Shown: one piece after another, positions 39,601 to 51,600 of the stretch
How positions within the stretch are numbered: the first letter of the stretch is position 1
Layout of the letters: each line of letters starts with the position of its first letter
Assembly (NCBI GenBank): GCA_002633005.1
Contig: NMRA01000190.1
Span: 248,001 to 312,000, forward strand
Length of the DNA stretch: 64,000 bases
Source of the DNA: Phoronis australis
Taxonomy: Eukaryota; Animalia; Phoronida
Direction of reading: 5' to 3'
Position numbers and translations under genes: made by a program
The notes under the pieces: generated by a model
The model's input: only the letters and a program-made list of their open reading frames with translations
Databases searched by the model: none
Told to the model about the DNA's origin: nothing

Positions 39601-42600
39601 TGAGTTGTTAGGAAGAAATTTCCCGAAAAATGAAAGTTAAAGGAAGTTGCCGTGTTATGTTTTAAGTCACATTTGAAAATTCGTTTGCCTAATACATGGC
39701 AGCATATCAAATGCCTGAAAAATAAGTTCAAAATCTCTGCTCCCACTTTCTCTTGTCAACAAATTGTAAGTGTACGCTGTATCGGATTTTTAAATTTAGA
39801 CACCTGTTATAACAGAGTATGATTGAAAAAACATAATTTTAGGGAATTTTGACAAGATCAAAGTATCTTGTCGGATTTTTACTCAATTAGTTCATTACGT
39901 TCTCAGTGGAGTTTGACAATTTTCCATCTTCACTGAAACTTCCATCTTTTCTCTGTTTCGACAGTAGCCACAAGATGGCGTCGCATATGACGTCATTCTC
40001 AACCATTGCACCAAGCTCATGCGAAAGAGCAAGTACTTTATGCGCCACTGCTGTCAACCTTGGAATTAGAAATAAAGATCCATCAATAACAAGGTACCTA
40101 AAGTACAGGGTCAACGAACTCATAAGCACGGGCACACGGACGCATGAACACGACTCACGGACCTGCAAACACCGTCCACTGACTCACAAACACGGGAACG
40201 GACTCACAAAACACGATCCACGCACCCAAATACACGGGACACGGACTCATATTCACGACGAAACACTGTTAACGGACCGCCAAACACGGGTCGCGGACTC
40301 ATCGGCTCCCTGGGTCAGCTGACATCTTCATTTTGTCGGTGACCCGTGTTTGGCGGTCCTTTTACCGTGTTTCCTCGTGAAAATGAGTCCGTGTCCCGTG
40401 TAGTTGTGTACGTGGATCGTGTTTTTTTGAGTCCGTTCCCGTGTTTGTGAGTCAGTGGACGGTGTTTGCAGGTCCATGAGTCGTGTTTATGAGTCCGTTG
40501 ACCGTGTACTTTAGGTACCTTGAATAACAGTTACTTTCATAAAATCTAATAATATCAACGGGTATTGAAATGCTGGACAAGCAAAATTTATTTTGGATAC
40601 TTGAAGTCCCCCGTAACTAGATATATGAATGGGCTTGTCAATTCCAAGGCAGCCGGACCAGCCGCTCATGAACTTTGATCACTGGAAATAAAAGTGTTAG
40701 TACTGGATGTGCACTGACAAAGCGCAAGTGTATAAGATAACTTATGAAAGAACAAATTACATGTAGCTGCATTGAGGCGTCCAATCCGTACGGCAATCGG
40801 CAGCAAGCGTAACATTTATTCAACACACTCAAGGATGATGTTAGGAGCCCCTCTCACATCATTGACGCATAAAAAATTCACTGTGATTACTTAACTCTGA
40901 CCTACGGGCGCACTAAAACTAGTGACAATTTCGTCTGATTTTGTTAGCGCGTTGCATTCAGAATCTAATACAGCTACAATTCAGAGAGATTGAATCTACC
41001 CACTGACACCCACCATCCCCACCCCCACTCCAAAATCGAATCCAAAATGGTCAGAAATTCGACTAACGCCAACTATAGGTCCTAAAACTCTTAAGTTAAT
41101 GTGGGTCAATTGACTCGTAGCCCCGTTTTTCTAAATTCTTCGCTGTTCATATGCAACTGTGCAGGCAATCCATCTGTCGATGTATACAAGACCCGAGCTA
41201 TACGAGAATTATAGGTAAAGTAACACATGACACGGGTTGTGCGCTGAACATCCGAAATACTCATTCACTTTGGAGACAAATTNTTAGGTACCTTGAATAA
41301 CACTTGCTTTCATAAAATCTAATAATATCAACGGGTTCTCCGGTATTGAAATGCTGGGCAAGCCTGAGCAAAATTTATTTTGGATACTTGAAGTCCCCCC
41401 GTAACTAGATATATGAAGGGGCTTGTCAATTCCAAGGCAGCCGGACCAGCCGTTCATGAACTTTGATCACTGGAAATAAAAGTGTTAGTACTGGATGTGC
41501 ACTGACAAAGCGCAAGTGTATAAGATAACTTATGAAAGAACAAATTAGCTGAATTGAGGCGTCCAATCCGTACGGCAATCGGCAGCAAGCGTAACATTTA
41601 TTCAACACACTCAAGGATGATGTTAGGAGCCCCTCTCACATCATTGACGCATAAAAAATTCACTGTGATTGCTTAACTCTCACCTACGGGCGCACTAAAA
41701 CTAGTGACAATTTCGTCTGATTTTGTTAGCGCGTTGCATTCAGAATCTAATACAGCTACAATTCAGAGAGATTGAATCTACCCACTGACACCCACCATCC
41801 CCACCCCCACTCCAAAATCGAATCCAAAATGGTCAGAAATTCGACTAACGCCAACTATAGGTCCTAAAACTCTTAAGTTAATGTGGGTCAATTGACTCGT
41901 AGCCCCGTTTTTCTAAATTCTTCGCTGTTCATATGCAACTGTGCAGGCAATCCATCTGTCGATGTATACAAGACCCGAGCTATACGAGAATTATAGGTAA
42001 AGTAACACATGACACGGGTTGTGCGCTGAACATCCAAAATACTCATTCACTTTGGAGACAAATTTTGTCTACACCTCCTTCGCCTTTCTTTGAAATACGT
42101 TCTCTCGTCTGATCAAATTCAGGGAATTGAGTTGAAATTATTTTTTGAGAATCTCGTGCAGATTTCGAATTTGTGTGTTGCTATCCATGTTTTTATTGTT
42201 TTGCTTGAATGTCTGGCTGAAATGCTGACATCGTAGACAACAGTATATGGACCGCCAACTCTGTATATTTTCACAAAATCCGTGACACAACCACCAAGAC
42301 GTCATTATTCATTAGTGGCACTGGCACCGTAAGTCGTCTCGTTGGTTCCCTGGGTGTAGAAAACACGCAGGTATCATGTAGCACGCGCTTTATCACTGCT
42401 TGATGTAATCTCGACAGTCATTGGTTATCTTTACAGGAAAGAAAGAAAATGGTGGTTTGTGAACGATTTTAGCCTCGTCATGCAAGTGGCGTTTCTGCGG
42501 TAATGTTTTATAGCCATGTGCATATATACAATAAACACACACCTGGCCGATATAACTGGTGTGTTATTCATACTGTGTGAATACAGGACAGCAACGGAAA

Positions 42601-45600
42601 CAAATGTCAGTGACAGTAGAAAGATGCACTCCGAAAAGGTGCAACCACAATTTTCTGGGATTCACATTTCTTGAACATGAGTTAAGCACCGAGTTGTCTG
42701 TGCAACAGACCACATTTGCACTTCCTCCATCAGTCATGCCAGTTTGTTTGCGCAAAGCGCTACCTGTTGAGAATTCGACCAGCCAATCACAAACGCCGGT
42801 GTAAAAAATTTCCTGATGAAAATTAAAAGATACTTGGGCATTCTCTACCACCTAGCGACACGCAAGAAACCAGCGAGCGTACGTCGTCTGCTCACCAACT
42901 GGAAGCTGATGTGCATTGGAACAGAGTGGCGCCTCTTCTGGGAATTCCATAAACACATGTCGGATTTGGGAATCTGTTGTCTATGATATATACTAGCGCT
43001 CGAGTGGTTTGTTTTGAGTCTCCATTTTCCAAAAAATAATGGAGATCCGTGGATTACTTTGTTAGTTATTTCTTGGAAACCAGATTGGATGACAAAACAA
43101 ACATCGATCGGAAAAACCCAAACCTTTCGGTCATACTGCATACAGACCGTGCCGCCCCCAATGGCCGGTCTTAACACTAACCATGAAAGAAAACACGTTA
43201 CAATGAACTTATTCCGCAGTAGTCACAAAGCCTACGAACGTTCTTATTCTCAATTTGGAATACAGTGTGCCTCGATTGTATTTTACTTTAGAGATTACAT
43301 AAAACTCACCATACATTTCCAGGATTTCCCTCAAAAACTGAAAAGCTGCCATCTTCATTGCGAAATTTCAGAATGTCGTTGTAACCTAATTGAGAAATTA
43401 AGATTGATAGGAGCCTACAACAAAATTAAGAAGCAACCTGGAATGGGTACTTGTACAATCGGTGCTGCGCCAATCTACGTATTTTCTACCAATTTAAGTT
43501 TTCTACTTTCTCGCTTTAGCGGAAAGTCACCGGTTCCGTACCAGTTATCATTGTCGTATCACGTTTTTGCCGCCAAACTACGTTTGCTTGCCACGCAAAA
43601 GAGTGATTACTTTTAGCGACTTCAGACGGCGATTACAGAAAACATAGCGAAATGTCGAACAGACGACCCCGAGAGCATTTTTCACTTTTTTGACATGTTG
43701 ATGTAAATTTTAGCCCTCCCAAATAATGTGATCAGACGACAAGTACAGCAAATAAGTAAACCGATGGTAGCTCATTCTTATCTCTTTGTATAGTGCAATT
43801 TCTGGTTGCCAAAACCCGTGCCAAATATTTTCAGCCCTCGTGTTTGAAACTAGGTCAGTGTCACGAGTGTCGTACCACAACAGTCGCGGGTATGGTTGTT
43901 AATAGCAGGCTGTCTGATACACGTTGTACCAGACGGGCGCAGGCCTGGCATGTAGGCCCACGGGTATGGTACCCGGGGTACAGTACACTTAAGAGGTATG
44001 ATACAAAACGTGATATAAGTAGGTACTGTATAGGGTAATGTGTTGTTTTTCTTGCTTCTAGGAAAATGCCATCGCCGTCGTCGTGGACATTGGAAGATAT
44101 GCACAGATGTCTCAAAGCTATGGACGAAGGGTTGGGATTAACGCTGTTTCTGAGCTATTTGGTTTCCCAAAGCCAACTATCGCCATCACCGCATGGGTCT
44201 GCATAAGTACGCAAAACATGGTACCAAGTTACGCGGAAGTCCCAGAGTTTTGCCTATAAAAGTAAAAGATGATTTGGTGAAACATATAAAAGTTCTTGGC
44301 AATTTTTTTCTTTGGTATCACGCCAAAAGACCTTATGAAACCTGCATATCAATTGGCTAAATCCCATGACATCCATAAATTTAGCGAAAAAAAACAGTCT
44401 GCCAATAAAACCTGGCACTACAGCTTTATGAGACGACATCCAGACCTCAGTTTACCAGAAACAGTGATGCTGGCCACTACGAAGCTTTAAAGAACGCAGT
44501 TGCTCCTCGACAAAATAAACGAGTGTCCGACCTCTCTCCACTACCAAATGCATAAAATACAATGCGTCGCTCGCGTCATTCGGCGACTCAGCCACGAATA
44601 CTAACCAAAAACCCGTATAAAAGCAAACTAGAAAGAAGAGCTGGTGCGCGACAAAAGAAACTTAGTAAACAGGCGAGGAAAGCTCTGAAAAAGCCCAAAG
44701 CCTGGAAAAGAAAATTCCATGAAGATGTTAGTTCGTTAGATAGCAAAGCTGACGACACGTTTTGGATAGTATGCTTGTACAAAACGAGCAAATCTGGCGA
44801 GGATCGAGTGGGTCGAATGTGTTCCTTGTAAACGATAAGCTCACACGGAATGCACTGCGGGGGTTGTTTTATGTTTGTCATGCTTGTTATTCCGACGGAG
44901 ACACTGATTAACGTCCAGTTTAAGTTTGTCACATTAGTACAGTTGACTGATCCATTTTGTTATCTTTGTGCTGATTTGTGATGTTTGTGGTGATTTGTTA
45001 GCACAGATTTAAGAAGACGGCGGTTCGCATTCGGGTCATAAGGAAACGTTGTTTGTTCTCATATGTTTCTATGTTGCCAATAAAAGGTTTGACTGTGTGC
45101 ACTGTTTCTTTTTTCATCATTGATTTGGTAAAATATTCATAGTCATTAGTATAGCAGCTCTGTTACGATTCTGATGTCTGAAAGGTACGAATTAGAAAAC
45201 CGGTCACGTGAATGGTACTTTTATTGACTTTTCTATAACCGTGTTTTGCAGCAAAAGCCGCGTTATCATTGTTCTTCTGAATCACATGTGTGGTTGTACG
45301 TGTGAAGCCACTAAGGGCCATGAGACGTACAGAGAGGCGCATCCTTTTGTGGTACGAAACCAGTAACTTTCCCATACATGTCACAGAATTTAACTCTTTG
45401 ACTTCGACTTCACATATCGAAACCAAAAATTCGTTAAATTACGAAAAGTAAACAAGCAGTGTTTTGACATTTTACAAAATTTTCCTTGCTGCGAGTTATT
45501 TTGTGACAAGCTTGCAGATTTTTGTTTGGGGATCTTAAAACGAGGCCGTTCTGGTTGTTCAGTGAATGAACAATTAAGGCCCAAAAATGAGTTACTTTTC

Positions 45601-48600
45601 AGAAAACATTCATTAGAAGAAATGAAAGTCAGTGATAAATGTAACAAACAAGCGAACAATTTGCGACCCTATTAAAAGGAAATAAACGATTATTGATCTG
45701 CCCACCTGATAGAATTAAGTCGGCTGCTTTTCCTGGTGATTCATGAGTAAGTCTGCCGGTCTTCTTCAGGTATAACGTTGCATAAGTTGTCGAAGCTAAT
45801 TTTGTGATCACTTGCAGCCCGTTGTCTGACGGCAGGTGTTGCAGGTTGTAGACTCTATCTATGGCATGGCGAACAGAATTCCCCAGTACAGTTCCTGTAA
45901 AATTATTTGTATAGTCAAGAGAGTGATGGTGTACCCACCATGCAGTTCCATAATCTAATAAAGTCAATGTAAGTCCCTAGAAGAGTCTTAACACTACAAG
46001 CAATCCACAGTGAGGTGTTACTCCTTGGGACGTAAGGTAAAGTGCGTATTTCTTAGGCATGGTAATTTTGACTCCGGACTCTTCGGAGGGCTCTTTGACT
46101 ATTGCTGCATCTCTTATTAAATGCGTTTGGGCATGGTCAAACTTGTGTGCTGTAAGGGTTGAAATTATCTGCAAGCTAGCAGATGAAAATTGTGGGGGAT
46201 TGAATTTGGTGGCGACCTATGACGGAGCAGTTGGTGTATATACATGTAGGTGGAGCTACACTCACAATTTCTGTCTTAAGGTAGTACTGCGTGGGCTAAT
46301 ATCGAAAAACACATTTTGCCTGAATTTCAGAAATTGAATTGTGAACCGTTGAATGCAAGTCCAGTCGTTCTTACCTATGACACTGACGGTTGAATGGACT
46401 GAGTCGGGCACAGCCTCCACTGGTGGGACAAGATCAATATGATGGGATTCAGCAGGTCTTGTTGTGGTTACATGGGGCAACGACTCTGTTCTGAGATTGG
46501 CTACATTGTGGACTAGAAGCTCGCCGTTGGGGTCAAGTATGATGTTATATGTGTCGACAACGGGTTCTCCCTCCGGCTACAATGAAAGATAAAATTCTAG
46601 CTTCCGGAAGCTACTTCACGTTAAAAGGGCAAACAATAATCTAAAGTCACGCAAACCAAAGTAGATGAAATATCATTTCAAACGATGCACTTTCAACATG
46701 TTCTCGATTTCTAACAGAAATTTATCGCAGGCCGTCGGAGGTTTCAAGTCGGCATGACAATATGAGGATTGAAATTTACCAAATGGTTTTATAACGATAT
46801 CATCGCCGGACATTTGCCGTTAGGAAGGAAAGGTAAACTCAAAATATATTTTCATCTGCAGTTTTCCTTGAGAATCCGACAGCCACAAAACAATCATTAT
46901 GTGAGGAACACTACATTTTTCAAAAAGTGAACAATTAACAAGCACACTAATGAACATTACACAAGCACTTGTTCTTACAATAACATTGAGCCATTTCAGT
47001 ACTCGGTCAGACAAATCCAGGCTTATGGATGTTGCAATTACTTCTATCGCGTGTTCTCCTATTTCTAGAGGTGCGATAGGGAAAGAAATGACTTCGCTGT
47101 CGTGGCTGGGTAGCCATACTTGCAGGTAATCGCTTGGTTCACCTGCTTTTAACTTGGCACAAACTCCAAGTCCTACTTGGATATGAACTGAAACCTAAAA
47201 ATGATTTTTATCAGAATTATAGTGAAAACACATTTTCAAGTAAACAGAAACTCTAAACGTCAGCTCATGTCGACGCCTATCAGCGGTAAAACTAAATACA
47301 GTAAACTTTACTTAAAACAATTTCTGACATCAAAACGAGGGGAGTGTTTTATTTGACAGTTAATTACATTGCTGCGTGGCTATGACGTCACTGGAATCAG
47401 ACAACAGCCAAAAACTCAAAGGCAAGACTGTAGTGTTCGAATAATTATTCAAAGTTGGATTAATTAAAAGTAACTTACTGGCAAAATTTTGTTTGCATAA
47501 TTGAATAGTGTGACCTTGAGTTCAACTTGTTCCTGTCGTATTATAGAAAACGGTAGTGACAGCTGAATGAAAAATTCAGTGAAAACTGTAGTGTTTACAG
47601 GCTTGGCCACGCACAAACTTTGTCTTCTATTGACACCAATGGCTTGTACACTCCAAGTTGTGATGGAGTCTGGTGCTGTCGCCCGATAGGTGGCCGCTCC
47701 GTCGGCACTATAAAAAATCGACTCGTCTCATTATTGAAGTACGGCTCAGACACTTAAAGGTATTTATGTGATGATTATCACAAGATCAGAAGCACTACTG
47801 CACAAACAGACTGAGGTTGTCAGACTTATACCTAGGCAAACACAATAGAAGGGTCCCCTCAACTACGTAATGCGCGCGCATGCAGGCCGACGGCTAAAAT
47901 GAGGCTGGGGCTTGTTTTATCAAAGTTCGAGACCAGACCGGTCGTAGCTAATGAGATCGTTGGCAGGTTACTGCGCAGAGGGCTGCATTTTTGCATGAAA
48001 AAAAACTATTCTTAACGTAAACTTGACCGTAATAATAATAACACCCAAAATGAACGTCCACCTCATAAACCATGGTGATGAATTGTTTGGAAATCATGAT
48101 GCGACCATTTGCTCTAAGACCGTCAGTACGACGTCTTTTGTCAAGTAAATTAACAATAGTAAAGTACCGAGTATATTCTTGAAGTTGAAACAAGGTACAA
48201 ATAATTGCAATCTCGTTCATTCCCACATAACCTCTAATTTTGGTATATAACTACCCGCTAAATCATTGCACCTGGCAGGAAATAAAGTCATTCTTAGCGA
48301 TGAAACGTCTAACAGTCAACTACAGAGACAAATGTGCCAACGCATGGCCCGTCTTTTGTGACTGTGGTGGAATGACGTCACTGGACGAGCCGTCTATTAG
48401 AATGCGCTGTTAGTCAACTGTTGCTATGGCCAAAACATGTTCCGCTTTCATGTATTGTGTTAGAGCATATTTTCACCTTTTGGTGCTCAATTCTTCAAAA
48501 AGGAAGTCGAAACAAATGTGCAATTGGTGCATCGTGGTGATCCCTTAACTGGTGCCTGCAAAGTGCCTTGATCACGTGACATGTAGCACTTCAAACGAAT

Positions 48601-51600
48601 GTAATAATTTAGACCAGATGTTGGCGTAACTTGTGTACCATTTTATTTCTCTCAGTGTTGAAACTAAGTAATTCCACGAGTGGTGATCTTAACCCCAACC
48701 AAATTCTTACTCCATGTTGCTGTACTGTAAAAAATAGAGAAAGAAAGCCTCATAGCCTTGATGATTCCATAGCCCCCCTCCCCCCGTCCCCACCGTTACA
48801 TACAGAACTATTGAGGAATTCATTTCAACTACTCTACCGAGAGGCAGACTTAAAAGAATCTCCACCATAAACACAGCAATTTGAACGGATACTCGATTAC
48901 TCGAAAAACATTTCTTGTAACTGGAAAAGATGCTCTGGGATTGACCATCTGAGATACGAAAGACTCCAGGCTTAGACCCAATGTATAAACACCTAGGGGA
49001 AGCTCATGGAATATCGCATTAGACAGACAATTAATGTTTTGACTAAAGTGCACAGCATTCTCACGTTCTAAATCTTGGGTACATCAGATGTTTGCATGGT
49101 ATTTGGCAGGCCTCACAGTGCACGTTCGCCTACTTATTCCGTAGATAACTTTGAAAGAAACGACTTTAATTACGCCCACGCAGATAAACGAATATCCATT
49201 GAACTGTTGAGAAACACGTGTAGGAGAAACGATTCATACCCGGTATCAACTTCGTCGAATATCCAAACCTCATCAAAATTATGTCGCGTGGGAATTATGC
49301 TTTTAATTTCTTCAAGCTTCGGATTGGTTTCAAAGACGTAAGCAACCGATACACTTCGTGTAGGCTCAGTACGTTTTGGAGGATCCAATGGACGATGTGC
49401 TGGATAATTTGGTTGATGATGCGAAGAATATCGTTTCATTTGGCAGCATTTCAAGTACATGGTCCTACAAGAAGCCTTGACGCCCCGCAGTTCATGACCA
49501 ATTCCTTTGATACAAGGCATAAAGAGAGTCCACTGACCCCCGAGCCGGCAGCACGTCTCATCCGTCAAAGTCTCGTTGTCAGCGAGAGACTTTTTCTGCC
49601 TGCCATCCGTTCGCTTTTTTCGTGGTGTCGGCGAATGATGATAGCATTCGTAACGTGGCCTGGTCGAGAGTGGAAAGTTGTCTGCATTTGTCAGTACACT
49701 AAATCCTGTGGTCTGAAAAGTAACGACCAAACATCACAATAAGTCCCTGAATGAAGAAGAAGCCTGCCGAATACAGTTTAAAAGTGAGTGCTGGGAAATT
49801 ATTAAAAACAGAATAAAAAGAAACATGTAACTAAAAATGATATCACTGCACATCAGCGGAAGGAATACTTCGATTCCCTATCAAATTTAGTTGTTCATTA
49901 TTGGACGAAGAATTTGCCGCCCAGTAACGAATTGCATGACAGACAATGCAACCAAATTTTTGATAATAACACGGATCTGAATAAACCAATAATAGAAAAC
50001 GAAGTCAACAATACATTTAAATGTATTAACAATAACAAGGCCACTGGCATAGATGGAGTAGATACACAAAAAGGCAAGTCATGACGATTTAGGCATATCG
50101 TTTTAAATATATTAAACAAATTATTTTTCAATAAAACTAATAGCAGGCTGGTTGAGTGGGTGACCGATGCAAAAAGTCTGTATGAAGAGAAGGCTGCATT
50201 TAAAAAATCATACAGCACAATTGACCAGATATTTACCCTAAATGCACTGGTATAGAAATACTTAAGTAAGAAAAAGGGTAAATGATATGCTACTTTTGTA
50301 GATTTTAAAAAGACGTTTGGTAGTGTAAAATTCAGATTCTTATTCTATAAACTTATCAGTGCTGGTTTTCATGGTAACATATTAAAAGTAGTCCAATCAA
50401 TGTACGAAAAATTAGAATCTTGTGTACGAGTGGATAATACTCACAGAACACGCTTCTTTAAAGAGGAAATTGCAAGGTCCAAACCAATCTTAACAACGAT
50501 ATGGTCCAAATTCTTGTTTCTTATAAATTGCTATATTCTTAATATTAACTGAATTGTTCGTCGATATACAAAGTTATTTACATATATAGTGCCGCGGTGT
50601 TGTAACGCCATTGCTGTAACGGAAAAACAGAAACGGCGCCATTTTCGTTCGTTACACATGGGTGACGTGGTGTACGGGAACACAAAGGAAGCAAGTGTAT
50701 CCAAGTGAGCAGCAGCGTAGATGAGGAATACTTTGAAAGATACTGGGATGGACAAGTGGCCTTTTCAGATAATTCCGACCTTTCGGACGTGGAGGAGGAG
50801 TTGATAGAACCCATAGGAACAATTTCAGCCGATTTCATAAAGGTGGTTTAACAAAACCAGGTTTAAGACTTAAACCTGGGCCCGGTTTCTAATCTTTGTA
50901 CTCGAAACGAACTCGAAACTATTTTTGGCAATTTCTCTGCTCCTTTTGTGCGAACTTAAGATAATTGGTTATCAGACTGTGCTCGAATACATTATAAGTT
51001 TATGCATAGGAGTTTCTAGTTCAAGTTCGCCCTTGAAGGCCCTTATATTCGTGCTACAAACTCGAGTAAAAACTCGAAATTTCGAGTTCAAACTCGAACT
51101 TATTGCTTTAATATTGGGTTTACAAACTGTGAACTAAGGGCAATAAATTATCTACGTAAGTTATTGTGTACTCGAGCATAGAATAATAGACACTTATCTT
51201 GAGTTCGCCCAAAAGTAGAGTAGAAAATGCCAAACCTAATTTCGAGTTCCATTTCGAGTAAAAAGATTGGAGACCGGGCCCTGGNGACGTGGTGTACGGG
51301 AACACAAAGGAAGCAAGTGTATCCAAGTGAGTACAGCAGCGTAGATGAGGAATACTTTGAAAGATACTGGGATGGACAAGTGGCCTTTTCAGATGATTCC
51401 GACCTTTCGGACGTGGAGGAGGAGGAGTTGATAGAACCCACAGGAACAATTTCAGCCGATTTCATAAAGGTGGTTTAACAAAACCAGGTTTAAGACTTAA
51501 ACCTGGTCTAATTTTAGACCTAACTTGTATTTCACCAACATAGTGGTATAAACGTCTGAAAGCCTGGCTCCCATTCAGTAATGCTAGGACCTCGCTAAAA

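Noticed and set aside
40511-42064. Tandem duplication within the C3-like intron
   Set aside because: Same single-N junction signature; probable assembly artefact
43014-43616. 200-aa + strand ORF
   Set aside because: Antisense to a real exon, runs into a transposon end, and has no protein motif
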